Positions 1 through 9,329 of a stretch of 32,000 bases of DNA are shown here, in pieces. Below the pieces are notes generated by a model, which was not told the DNA's origin, made no database searches, and worked only from the letters and a program-made list of their open reading frames with translations. This DNA comes from Peptococcaceae bacterium (GTDB lineage Bacteria > Bacillota > Desulfotomaculia > Desulfotomaculales > Desulfocucumaceae): NCBI GenBank assembly GCA_037444185.1, contig JBBIMW010000002.1, positions 73,433-105,432 of the forward strand, read 5' to 3'. Position numbers and translations under genes: made by a program. Positions within the stretch are counted from its first letter, which is position 1. Each line of letters begins with the position of its first letter.

Positions 1-49
1 CCGGGGTGTTGGACCTTTTGAGCGGCTTACGCGGGCCTGATTGCCGTAT

Positions 50-994
50 TTAGGAGGCTGTATCCCGGTCTTCGAATCTGGGGCGCGGGTAGAGGCCCGT
101 CCGCTCTACAATTTCAGGCACCACCTCTTCCCAGGCGATGGCCATGATGTGAACTCCGTGCACCCCCTTGACATTTTCTTTGATATATTTGATTTGTTCT
201 ATGGCCACCTCGATGCCTTCACGCTTTTGGTCTTCGGCCTTTTTGAGGCGCTCCACCAGGGAGTCAGGCACCAGCATGCCGGATACTCCGGTCTGCAGAT
301 ATTTGGCCGCCCGCCAGCCCTTCAGGGGGGTTATGCCGGCCAGTATGCGCACCCTCTGGTCGATTCCCCTGGATCTGACCATCTCCATGAAACGCTCGAA
401 TCTTTCCATGTCAAATATGCACTGGGTCTGGATGAATTCGGCTCCGGCCTCCACTTTCTTTTCCAAACGGTCCACCCGGAACTCGAAGGGATCGGCGAAG
501 GGATTGGCCACCGCGCCGATGTAGAACCTGGGTTCATGCTCCTTTATTGCTTCTCCCGACAGGAATTTTTTTTCGTCCCGCATCCTGCGCACCATCTGAA
601 CAAGCTGTAAGGAGTCGATATCGTAAACATTTTTGGACATGGGGTGATTGCCAAATTTCTGATGGTCGCCGGAAAGGCACAATACATTCCTCATGCCAAG
701 GCTGTATGCCCCCATCAGGTCCGATTGCATGGCGATCCGGTTCCTGTCCCGGCAGGTCATCTGTACTATGGGCTCAATGCCGCAGTCCAGTATGTGCACA
801 CCAGCGGCGATACTGCTCAAACGCACAATGGCGGTTTGGCAGTCGGTGATGTTGGTGGCGTCCACGTGATTAACCAGCATGTGGGCGTGGTGCCTGATGC
901 CGTGGGCGGATGCGTGCTTGGGGGGGCCGATTTCAGCGGTCACCGCAAATTGACCGCTTTCAAAAATGCGATGAAGTTTGCTTAAATAGCTCAT
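50..994 (-). CDS. metF: 5,10-methylenetetrahydrofolate reductase, MetF family
   Basis: 314-aa ORF; MetF-type segments ('FAVTAEIGPPKHASAHG', 'INHVDATNITDCQTAIVRLSS', 'AGAEFIQTQCIFDMERFERFM'); overlaps the metV stop. Confidence 0.93.
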   Translation of the reverse strand: MSYLSKLHRIFESGQFAVTAEIGPPKHASAHGIRHHAHMLVNHVDATNITDCQTAIVRLSSIAAGVHILDCGIEPIVQMTCRDRNRIAMQSDLMGAYSLGMRNVLCLSGDHQKFGNHPMSKNVYDIDSLQLVQMVRRMRDEKKFLSGEAIKEHEPRFYIGAVANPFADPFEFRVDRLEKKVEAGAEFIQTQCIFDMERFERFMEMVRSRGIDQRVRILAGITPLKGWRAAKYLQTGVSGMLVPDSLVERLKKAEDQKREGIEVAIEQIKYIKENVKGVHGVHIMAIAWEEVVPEIVERTGLYPRPRFEDRDTAS

Positions 995-1659
995 CCGATC
1001 ATCACATCCTCTCTGACAGCCCTGCGGGGGCCGCCGTCCCTGGATGTGGACCAGTCTTTGGGCGGCTGTATTTCCAACAGCCTGTCAATCTTGCCCAGCT
1101 TTTTCATGCGGTCGTATATGAGCTGCCAGGCACAGTCCACATCTTTGCTTATTTCGCACTTGCCGTACTGTGAACCGCCGCAGGGACCGTTTAATATGCT
1201 CTTGGAGCAGCGTATGACCGGGCAGATACCACCGGTTTTATGCAGTATGCAGGCCCCGCAAAGTCCGCATTTTTCCTCCCAGATACCATGCACCGTGGAA
1301 CCGCCTATGAAGTCTGTGTTCAGAGCCGGCACCACCCATTTGTCGAAACGCTCCGCCAGGTATTGCACTCCTACGCCGCAAGCCAGGGAGATGATGGCGT
1401 CCACATCCTTCACCAGTCCCTCCAGGGCATCCACATATTCCGGGTCGCACTGGCGGGTGGCGGTGAAGGTGACGGTTTCCAGCGGGTTGCCCTCCAGCCT
1501 GCGCATGATGCGCAGGGCCGAGGCCATTATTTCGGTTTCCTTTTCACCCCCGGAAAGGCAAACCGTGACACACCCGGCGCACCCGATCAGCGCCACCCTT
1601 TTGCAGTCTCCCACCATGGTGGCTATTTCCTTGATGGGCTTTTGCTGGGCAATAATCAT
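991..1659 (-). CDS. metV: MetV, methylenetetrahydrofolate reductase C-terminal-like zinc/Fe-S partner protein
   Basis: 222-aa Cys-rich ORF ('WEEKCGLCGACILHKTGGICPVIRCSKSILNGPCGGSQYGKCEI'); directly upstream of metF as in acetogen metVF operons. Confidence 0.9.
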   Translation of the reverse strand: MIIAQQKPIKEIATMVGDCKRVALIGCAGCVTVCLSGGEKETEIMASALRIMRRLEGNPLETVTFTATRQCDPEYVDALEGLVKDVDAIISLACGVGVQYLAERFDKWVVPALNTDFIGGSTVHGIWEEKCGLCGACILHKTGGICPVIRCSKSILNGPCGGSQYGKCEISKDVDCAWQLIYDRMKKLGKIDRLLEIQPPKDWSTSRDGGPRRAVREDVMIG

Positions 1660-2117
1660 TCAGAACCACCTTCTTTCATGCAGCCGCAGTGGCAACCGCA
1701 GTGGCAGCCCGCATTATTCAGAGGATTTGGGCCCAACTCCCTGATGCGGGCGGTCATCTCGTTGGAGATTTCTGCAAAGCGCCCGCCCTGGGCGGAAGAG
1801 AGATTGTACATTTCCAGCCTGTTCCCGCCCAAACCTATTTCGTCCAATAGTTTTTTCACTGCGCTTACGCGTTTTCTTGCCCTGAAATTTCCTTTCAGGA
1901 AGTGACAGTCACCCTCCAGGCAACCGGCCACCAGCACACCGTCCGCTCCTTCTTCAAAGGCGTTCAGTATAACGCGGTGATCTATATTGCCGGAGCATGT
2001 CATTTCCACCACCCTTATATTGGGTGAATACTGGAGCCTCATCGAACCTGCCAGGTCCGCAGCGGAGTAAGCTCAGTAGTGACAGCAGAAAGCCACTATT
2101 TTGGGTTCAAATCCCAC
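1656..2117 (-). CDS. mvhD: MvhD-family hydrogenase/Hdr-associated iron-sulfur subunit, candidate selenoprotein (in-frame TGA at 2073-2075)
   Basis: The track shows only 1656..2042. Reading through the TGA gives VGFEPKIVAFCCHY[U]AYSAADLAGSMRLQYSPNIRVVEMTCSG..., restoring the family N-terminus. GTG start at 2117 is preceded by AAGGAGG on the minus strand and overlaps the hdrA stop; 153 aa. Confidence 0.88.
2034..2075 (-). promoter_or_regulatory. Candidate bacterial SECIS element of the first mvhD
   Basis: RNA UGA-GCUUACUCCGCUG-CGGACCU-GGC-AGGUUCG-AUGAGGCUC: 7-bp stem (one G-U) with apical loop about 20 nt after UGA, and basal GAGC/GCUC pairing. Confidence 0.65.
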
Positions 2118-5100
2118 CTTGCCGCACCTCCTTGCAAAGGCCTTTGATCATGCCCATATACATTTTGTCGTTGTAACCCTGTAGAGCAATGGCTTTGTTG
2201 GGGCACTCACCGGCGCAACTGCCGCACCCCTGGCAGAGAACCGCAGCTATTTCAGCGGCATAATTCCTTACCTTGGGCGCACCGTAAGGGCACAGCCGCA
2301 CGCAGGTCAGACACGCCGCACACTTGTCCGGCTGCACCACAGCCACCACACCGTGGGATTCAAGTTCACTCTTGGCCAGTATGGCGCCCGCCCTTCCGGC
2401 CGCCGCCCTGGCCTGGGCGATATTTTCCTCGATGTTCTTGGGACCGTGGGCCAAACCTGCCATGAATATCCCTTCGGAGGCGAAATCCACCGGGCGCAGT
2501 TTCATGTGGGCCTCCAAAAAGAAACCGTCTGTATTCATGGGGACTTTGAGCAGCTCATTCATCTTTTTGCAGTCGGGAGAAGCCAATATTGCCGCCGCCA
2601 GGCCCAGAACGTCGGCATCGATGACCAGCGGCTGCCCCAGCACATGGTCGGTGACAGTAACCTTTAACTTGCCGTCGACTTCCTCCACCTGAGGTTTCTG
2701 ATCGGCGCTGTACCGGATAAATATAACTCCTTTACGTCGGGCCTCGCTGTAAAGATCCTCAAAATAACCGTAGGTTCTGATGTCGCGGTACAATATGAAC
2801 ACCCTGGCATCCGGGTTTTTGTCCTTGAGCTTAAGCGCCAGATTGACCGATTTGGAGCAGCATACCCTGCTGCAGTACGGCCTCGCCGGTTCTCTGGAGC
2901 CCACGCACTGGATCAGCGCCACGGTGTCGGCGCGGGTCACTCTGCCGTCACCGGCGGCAATGGCCTCCTCAATCTCCAGCTGGGTCATAACCCTTTCGTT
3001 CCGGCCGTACAGATATTCCTCCGGCTTGTATTCGGCCCCGCCGACGGCAATGATAATCACACCGTGCTGGATCTCCTCTCCATTGGACAGGGTGGTAACA
3101 AAATTGCCCACAAAGCCCTTGGTGTCCAACGCCTCTGTGCCGGTAAAAAGCAATATGCCGGGGTGTGACTTGACCTTTTCAATCAGTTCGGACAGGTAGG
3201 ACTGTACGTCCTCTCCCCTTAAGCCTTGCTTGACACGTCTGGCATTGCCCCCTAATTGGTCCGATTTTTCCACCAGATAGACTTTATAGCCCTGACCGGC
3301 CAGGGAGAGGGCGCTATTCATGCCTGACACGCCCCCGCCTATGACCAGGGCGGCCTTGGTGACGCTTACGGCCTCCTGGTGTATGGGATCCAGCAGGGCG
3401 GCCTTGTAAACCGCCATCCTGACCAAGTCCTTGGCCTTCAGTGTGGCATTTTCCGGCTCATTCTGGTGCACCCAGGAACATTGATCCCGGATGTTGGCCA
3501 TTTCAAACAGATACCGGTTGAGGCCGGACTCCATCATGGTTTCCTGAAACAGGGGCTTATGGGTCCTGGGACTACAGGATGCCACCACCACCCTGTTCAG
3601 CCTGTTTTCGTCGATAATCTGCCGCATGGTGTTCTGGCTGTCCTGGGAGCATGCGTACAGGTATTCGCCGGAATACACCACATTGGGCAATGCCCTGGCT
3701 GTTTCCACCACTCCGGGCACATTCACCACGCTTCCTATGTTCACACCACAGTGGCAGACGAACACCCCTATGCGGGGATCCTCTCCGGCGACATTCTTCT
3801 CTCCAGGATATTCCTTCTTCCTGACCAGGGTTCCCCGGGAGACGGACAGGAATTCGGAGGACTCGCCGGCTGCGGCGCTGGCCTGCATCACTGTTTCGGG
3901 GATGTCCTTGGGACCGCAGAAGGTCCCCGCCACGAAGAACCCCGGCCTGCCAGCGCTTACACCGGTCAGGGGGACAGTATCCGCAAAGCCGTACTGATTC
4001 ATTTCCAGTCCCAGCTTCCGCCCCAGCTCCGTCACCGACCGGTGGGGCTGCAACCCCACCGACAGCACCACCAGATCAAACTCTTCGGTGATGATGGCGC
4101 CATCTTCGTTGGCATAGCGAATAATCAGATTCTTGGATTCATCGTCCTTCTGAGTGACTTCGTACACTCTCGATCTGACAAATCGTACCCCCAGCTCTTC
4201 CCTGGCGCGGTCGTAATATTTTTCAAAGCCCTTGCCGAAAGTGCGCATATCCATAAAGAATATGGTGGTTTCCAGCGGTTCGTGGCTGTGTTCTTTGGCG
4301 ATGACGGCCTCTTTGATGGCGTACATGCAGCACACCGACGAGCAGTAGCCGTGTTTCTCCCTTATATTCCTGGACCCCACGCACTGTATCCAGGCAATTT
4401 TTTTAGGCTCCTTCTTGTCTCGGGGCCTTAACATATGACCCTGGAATGGTCCCGAGGCGCTCAGTATCCTTTCAAATTCAAGGCTGGTCACCACATTGGG
4501 GAATTTGCCGTAGCCGTAATAGAACAGATCCCCAGCGTTGAATGTTTCAAAACCGGGGCTGAGCACTACTGCACCGACATTCAGCTCGACGACATCTTCC
4601 CCCATTTCGTGGTTGATGGCACCGGTTTTGCAGACCTCCAGGCATTTTCCGCAGGAGTTGGGTTTTTTGAAGTTGAGACATCTCCCGGGATCTATGGTAT
4701 AAGCGTTGGGATATGCCTGGGCGTACTGCTTGTATATGGCTTTCCTTAATCCCAGATTCTGGTTGTATTCATCCTTCACCTTAACCGGGCACTTTTCCGC
4801 GCAGGATCCGCAGCCCGTGCACTTTTCTTCATCCACAAAGCGGGGGGACCGCCGCACCTTGACTGTGAAATTCCCCGGATCCCCGGTGATTTCCTCTATA
4901 TCCGAGTTGGTCAGTATGCTGATGTTCAGATGGCGTCCGCATTCCACCAGTTTGGGTGACAATATGCACATGGAACAGTCGTTGGTGGGAAAAGTCTTGT
5001 CCAACATGGGCATTTTACCGCCTATGGCCGGGCTGCTCTCCACCAGATACACGAAATAACCCGACTCCGCCAGGTCCAGGGAGGCCTGTATGCCGGCGAT

Positions 5101-5145
5101 GCCGGCCCCCACCACCATCACGGCCCCTATTTTTTCAGTACTCAT
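2107..5145 (-). CDS. hdrA: HdrA-like FAD/4Fe-4S protein, double-length form (1012 aa)
   Basis: N-terminal FAD fold '[28 protein letters not shown]', '[19 protein letters not shown]', second nucleotide-binding domain '[31 protein letters not shown]', C-terminal ferredoxin motifs 'CAACLTCVRLCP' and 'CQGCGSCAGECP'. Confidence 0.93.
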   Translation of the reverse strand: MSTEKIGAVMVVGAGIAGIQASLDLAESGYFVYLVESSPAIGGKMPMLDKTFPTNDCSMCILSPKLVECGRHLNISILTNSDIEEITGDPGNFTVKVRRSPRFVDEEKCTGCGSCAEKCPVKVKDEYNQNLGLRKAIYKQYAQAYPNAYTIDPGRCLNFKKPNSCGKCLEVCKTGAINHEMGEDVVELNVGAVVLSPGFETFNAGDLFYYGYGKFPNVVTSLEFERILSASGPFQGHMLRPRDKKEPKKIAWIQCVGSRNIREKHGYCSSVCCMYAIKEAVIAKEHSHEPLETTIFFMDMRTFGKGFEKYYDRAREELGVRFVRSRVYEVTQKDDESKNLIIRYANEDGAIITEEFDLVVLSVGLQPHRSVTELGRKLGLEMNQYGFADTVPLTGVSAGRPGFFVAGTFCGPKDIPETVMQASAAAGESSEFLSVSRGTLVRKKEYPGEKNVAGEDPRIGVFVCHCGVNIGSVVNVPGVVETARALPNVVYSGEYLYACSQDSQNTMRQIIDENRLNRVVVASCSPRTHKPLFQETMMESGLNRYLFEMANIRDQCSWVHQNEPENATLKAKDLVRMAVYKAALLDPIHQEAVSVTKAALVIGGGVSGMNSALSLAGQGYKVYLVEKSDQLGGNARRVKQGLRGEDVQSYLSELIEKVKSHPGILLFTGTEALDTKGFVGNFVTTLSNGEEIQHGVIIIAVGGAEYKPEEYLYGRNERVMTQLEIEEAIAAGDGRVTRADTVALIQCVGSREPARPYCSRVCCSKSVNLALKLKDKNPDARVFILYRDIRTYGYFEDLYSEARRKGVIFIRYSADQKPQVEEVDGKLKVTVTDHVLGQPLVIDADVLGLAAAILASPDCKKMNELLKVPMNTDGFFLEAHMKLRPVDFASEGIFMAGLAHGPKNIEENIAQARAAAGRAGAILAKSELESHGVVAVVQPDKCAACLTCVRLCPYGAPKVRNYAAEIAAVLCQGCGSCAGECPNKAIALQGYNDKMYMGMIKGLCKEVRQGGI

Positions 5146-5181
5146 TCGGCATCCGTCCTCTCATAAGGTGTAAATCCGGAT

Positions 5182-6468
5182 TCACTCTTTCTCCGGCATA
5201 ATAAGGGCTCGCTCCATTAATGCGCACATGTGCATATTTTTGGATTTACCCTTGGTGTCGGGATACCACTTGTTCAGGTCATTCATCTGATCCATGCAGT
5301 TGTGGCATGGCACTATAACGATCTGGGCCCCGGTGGCCATCACCTGATCCACCTTGCGCTTGCCCTTCAGCTTCCTCTTTTCGTTGAATTCCGGCATGGC
5401 CATGCCTCCGCCGCCGGCGCCGCAGCAGTAATTCATCCTGCCGCCAGGGTTCATGTCCACGAAATTCTTGATAAAGCTCCGGGCCAGTTCTCTGGGAACA
5501 TCCCAGACCCCCTCCTTGCGGGCTGTGTTACAGGGGTCATGGTAAGTGACCACCTCTGATATTGCGTCCGGGTTCAGTTTAAGGCTGCCGTCTTTTACCA
5601 GATCGTTGAGTAGCTCCAATATGTGGCGGATGGGGAACATTTCCCCCTTCCAGAAGGTCCTTTGTCCCCACTTCATGGAGCGGAAGGCGTGTCCGCACTC
5701 GGTGACTATGAATTCCTCACAGCCCAGATTGACGAATTCCTCCCATATGGGCATGGATATTTCCACGAAGTCGTCGTTCTTGCCGGTGAAGAGGGCCACG
5801 TTGGTGGCGTCCCAGCGCTTGGTGCTGATGGTGTAATCTATCCCTGTGGCATAAAATATCTTCAGTGTGGTTTGCAGTTCCTGGGGATAATACTTTATGT
5901 CCCTGGCGTTGAATCCATAGAAGTATTTGGCCCCTTTTTTATTTAAAGGAATGGTGTAGTCGGGGTCGTCCAGTTCGCTCTGCAGTTCCTCCTGGATCCA
6001 CTCCAGCGTCTCTTCGTAGTCCACCTGGCTGACGTTCATCTGGTTGCCGGACTCAATGTGCTCTCTTACGATGGTCTGCAGGTATCCGGGGATCTTATCC
6101 CTGTCCCAGGTGCCCCTAAGGTTGCGTACGATGATGGCTATGTTGATGTTCATGGGGCACTCCACGGTGCAGCGCTCGCACATGGTGCAGTACCAGATAT
6201 AGGGATCGGCGAACACCTCCTCCTCCATACCCAGCAGAACCTTGCGCAGGAACTTGCGCGGGTCCTGGTTTTCATGGATGTCGGAGTATGGGCACCCGGC
6301 GGTGCACATGCCGCAGGCCAGGCACTGGGTGAAGTCTATGTTCTTCACCAGTCCGGCCACTCTTTCGCGGAACTTGGGATTGAATCTTGACGCCTGAATG
6401 GTTTCGATGGCATTTTCCATAAATCGATGCTCCTCCCCTCTACGGATTTTGTTATCAGTATTTTCCAT
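5182..6468 (-). CDS. Heterodisulfide-reductase-like Fe-S protein (HdrC-HdrB fusion / HdrD-like)
   Basis: 428 aa; N-terminal 'CLACGMCTAGCPYS' and 'CTMCERCTVECPMN', C-terminal 'YHDPCNTARKEG' and 'CCGAGGGGMAMPEF' cysteine-rich motifs. Confidence 0.85.
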   Translation of the reverse strand: MENTDNKIRRGEEHRFMENAIETIQASRFNPKFRERVAGLVKNIDFTQCLACGMCTAGCPYSDIHENQDPRKFLRKVLLGMEEEVFADPYIWYCTMCERCTVECPMNINIAIIVRNLRGTWDRDKIPGYLQTIVREHIESGNQMNVSQVDYEETLEWIQEELQSELDDPDYTIPLNKKGAKYFYGFNARDIKYYPQELQTTLKIFYATGIDYTISTKRWDATNVALFTGKNDDFVEISMPIWEEFVNLGCEEFIVTECGHAFRSMKWGQRTFWKGEMFPIRHILELLNDLVKDGSLKLNPDAISEVVTYHDPCNTARKEGVWDVPRELARSFIKNFVDMNPGGRMNYCCGAGGGGMAMPEFNEKRKLKGKRKVDQVMATGAQIVIVPCHNCMDQMNDLNKWYPDTKGKSKNMHMCALMERALIMPEKE

Positions 6469-6506
6469 TCAGAACCTGATTTTACAGAACAGCATTTCCA
6501 ATGCGG

Positions 6507-7349
6507 CTAATATTCGCCGGGGAGCTGGTTCAGTTCCGCCTTGGTGAACACCGGTCCGTCCTTGCAGACGTACTTGTTGCCCACGTTACAGCGGCCGCAC
6601 ATGCCTATGCCGCACTTCATGCGGTTTTCCAGCGACATGATGACCTGCTCCGGCATGAAGCCGCAGGCCTCCAGCTCGGGCATGGTGAATTTGATCATCA
6701 CCGGCGGGCCGCAGATGATGGCCACGGAGTTTTCCGAGTTGGGCGCCACTTCCTTGGTGACCGCCGGGACGAACCCCACCCTGCGGGTCCACCCTTCCAC
6801 CGGGCGGTCGATGGTGCACACCAGGTCTATATCCGAACGGCTGTCCCAATCCTCCAGCTCGTCTTTGTAGAGAAGCAGTCCGGGGTTCCGGGCGCCGTAA
6901 ATCACGGTCAGCTTGCCGTAGTCCCCCCTGTGTTCGGGCTCCAGTATATAGGTGATCAGAGACCGCAAAGTGGTGAAGGCGAATCCCCCGCCGATGATTA
7001 CTATATTCTTGCCCTTCATCTGTTCCACCGGGTAATGGTTGCCCAGGGGTCCCCGCACGCCGGCGGTGGTTCCTTCCTCCATCAGGTGCAGGGCGGTGGA
7101 AACCACTCCCACCTTGGCCACGGAAAACTTGAGGAATCCCGGCTCGGTGGGGGATGAGGCGATGCCGAAGGGGGCCTCGCCTTTTCCAAACACGCACACT
7201 TCGGCGAACTGGCCGGGCATGTACGGAAAGCTTTTTTCATCATCTTCGCTGAGGAACTGGAAGGTAAATGTGTGAATAAGCCTGTCCTCGGTTTCAGTAA
7301 AGTTTTTTACCAGTTTCACCGGGAGCGGCAGATACGGGTTCCTCTGCAT
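6507..7349 (-). CDS. FAD/NAD(P)-binding oxidoreductase subunit (AsrB/HydG/FlxA-like)
   Basis: 280 aa; 'MPGQFAEVCVFGKGEAPFGIASSP' FAD-binding, C-terminal 'CGIGMCGRCNVGNKYVCKDGPVFT' [2Fe-2S]-type motif. Confidence 0.85.
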   Translation of the reverse strand: MQRNPYLPLPVKLVKNFTETEDRLIHTFTFQFLSEDDEKSFPYMPGQFAEVCVFGKGEAPFGIASSPTEPGFLKFSVAKVGVVSTALHLMEEGTTAGVRGPLGNHYPVEQMKGKNIVIIGGGFAFTTLRSLITYILEPEHRGDYGKLTVIYGARNPGLLLYKDELEDWDSRSDIDLVCTIDRPVEGWTRRVGFVPAVTKEVAPNSENSVAIICGPPVMIKFTMPELEACGFMPEQVIMSLENRMKCGIGMCGRCNVGNKYVCKDGPVFTKAELNQLPGEY

Positions 7350-8374
7350 TATTTATCCGACCTCCCTTCCTCCTGGATATCCGCCAATATTTCCCGGATA
7401 TCCAGATTCACGGGGCAGTTTTTGATGCACCGGCCGCAGCCCACGCAGGCCATGGCGTTGAAATTGTCCACGAAGTACTTGAATTTGTGCATTATCCTCT
7501 GGCGCATACGCTCCTTGCCGCCGGGACGCGGGTTGTGGCCGGATCCGTGCATGGTAAACAGAGGGAACATGCAGGAGTCCCAGTTTCTCACCCGGCATCC
7601 GTTGCAGTCCACCGCTTCATCCACAATGTCGAAACAGTGGCAGGTGGGGCATGAGTACGTACAGGCTGCGCAGCCCAGGCATTTTTCGTGGAAACGTTCC
7701 CAAATGGCATGGTAGAAATTAATATCCAGCTTTGCCTTTAGTTCACCGGTGTTGACCCGGCAGGTCAGCTCCGCGGCTTCCCTGGCTTTGGCGGCAGCTT
7801 CATTTTGTTCGTCGCCGGAGTCCCCCAGCCCAAATTTTTCCACCAGGGCTTTGCCTGCGTCGCTCAAGGCCTCCACCAGATAGGCGTCGCCGATATCGGT
7901 CAGCAGGACATCCAGGCCGGTTTTGTCAAAGGGGCCGCTGTCCATGGAGGTGCAAAAGCAGGTGCCGGCCGGGTTTATACAGGCCATCCCCACCAGCAGG
8001 GTATTTTCCCTCCTGGTCATGTAATAGGGATCCGTGTATTGATCGTTTTTGAACACGTTGTCCAGCAGTAAAAGGCTTCTGGCGTCGCAGGGACGCAGTC
8101 CGAAGACCACCTTTTTGCCGCTGTCGATGCAGTCCTCTATTTTTGCCCCTTCCCCGGTCAGGCTGTAACAGAAGAGCTTCTCAGACTGAGGGAAAAGGAC
8201 CCCCTTGGGAGGGATTTTGCTGTTGGCATAATCGAAGCAGGCTTCGCCGCCGGCAGTGATTTTTTTGAACAGAGAATAATAGCCCTCCTTCACCGGGGCA
8301 TAAACCTCGTATTCGCCGATCAGTTTATCCAGCAGGTCTGGCAGTGCGCTTTTCGACATAATCATCCTTTTCAC
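7349..8374 (-). CDS. 4Fe-4S dicluster protein (AsrA/FlxB-like)
   Basis: 341 aa; 'CLGCAACTYSCPTCHCFD' and 'CVGCGRCIKNCPVNLDI'; adjacent to the AsrB-like partner. Confidence 0.83.
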   Translation of the reverse strand: MKRMIMSKSALPDLLDKLIGEYEVYAPVKEGYYSLFKKITAGGEACFDYANSKIPPKGVLFPQSEKLFCYSLTGEGAKIEDCIDSGKKVVFGLRPCDARSLLLLDNVFKNDQYTDPYYMTRRENTLLVGMACINPAGTCFCTSMDSGPFDKTGLDVLLTDIGDAYLVEALSDAGKALVEKFGLGDSGDEQNEAAAKAREAAELTCRVNTGELKAKLDINFYHAIWERFHEKCLGCAACTYSCPTCHCFDIVDEAVDCNGCRVRNWDSCMFPLFTMHGSGHNPRPGGKERMRQRIMHKFKYFVDNFNAMACVGCGRCIKNCPVNLDIREILADIQEEGRSDK

Positions 8375-8375
8375 C

Positions 8376-9329
8376 TCACTCCTTCACCAGGAAAGGTTGC
8401 GGGTCGTCGGCTTTGAAGGTGTTCAGGGCTGGTTTTTCCTCCAGGCTGACACCGGCTTCGCAGCCGAACAGCTCCTTCACTTCCTTGACCATTTTGCGCG
8501 TCATGCCGCGCAGGTTGATGCCCATGGGGCAGGCCCTGTCGCAGGCGCCGCAGTCCGCGCAGCGCCCGGCGCTGTGGAACACCCGGCCGGCCTGGAACAT
8601 AATATTGTCGTCCACATCCGGTGTTTTCTTGATCCAGGCCGGGGTGGAGCAGTCCACAAAGCATTCGGCGCAATAGCACATGGGGCAGGCGTTGCGGCAC
8701 GCATAGCAACGAATGCACTTGAAAAACTCGGCGGCCAGGGTGGCCCTGCGCTCCGCCGGGGAAAGGGCCTCGAAGGCGGTCACGTCGTCGAAGTCTTCCC
8801 CGGGCTTGGCCGGCACCGCTTCCCCCACCAGCACGTCGCAAAGCACAGGGTTGCCGTGGCGGCATACCTTGCAGGTATCGTGGAAGAGGTCCTCCAGCTT
8901 CATTTCCCTGGCAAATCCCTTGCCCCTGATCACCAGGGTATCCCCCTTGTCCTCCACCTCCAGTATATCCCTGCCGTCCACCGCCTCGTCCGCCTTTGCC
9001 CGGTCCACCATGCCGGAGCAGGGGACGCCGATGATGTAAACATTCTCACGGTTAATCTGGTTTTCATTTATCAAGGCAACTATGGATCGCACGTCGCAGC
9101 CCTTGGCCACCACCGCCACCCTGCCCTCCCGCCGGCGCAGGTAATTGGCCAGGTTGTTCTCGCAGGAATAATTCCAGATAAGTTCTGAGGCGTCTTCCGG
9201 CCTGCGAATAAAGCAGGGAGTGCTGCGAAGAGGCAGGCTGCCCCCGGCAAATCCCACCACCAGGTCAACCTTCTTTTCTTCCAGCAGTTTCTTTGCCAAA
9301 TCCTGTATCGCTGAATCTAGCTTTTGCAT
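8376..9329 (-). CDS. 4Fe-4S protein with FrhB/FdhB-like region (FlxC-like); start possibly at 9341
   Basis: 317-321 aa; 'CIRCYACRNACPMCYCAECFVDC' and 'CADCGACDRACPMGINLRG'; conserved neighbourhood. Confidence 0.78.
   Translation of the reverse strand: MQKLDSAIQDLAKKLLEEKKVDLVVGFAGGSLPLRSTPCFIRRPEDASELIWNYSCENNLANYLRRREGRVAVVAKGCDVRSIVALINENQINRENVYIIGVPCSGMVDRAKADEAVDGRDILEVEDKGDTLVIRGKGFAREMKLEDLFHDTCKVCRHGNPVLCDVLVGEAVPAKPGEDFDDVTAFEALSPAERRATLAAEFFKCIRCYACRNACPMCYCAECFVDCSTPAWIKKTPDVDDNIMFQAGRVFHSAGRCADCGACDRACPMGINLRGMTRKMVKEVKELFGCEAGVSLEEKPALNTFKADDPQPFLVKE

Noticed and set aside
1-49. Possible further gene downstream of metF at the left window edge
   Set aside because: Only 49 nt are available, too little to support any call
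2050-2130. tRNA-like motif on the plus strand (gctcagtag ... gggttcaaatccca), resembling D-arm and T-arm consensus
   Set aside because: No matching acceptor or anticodon stems could be formed, and the segment encodes the conserved MvhD N-terminus (VGFEPKIVAF) on the minus strand
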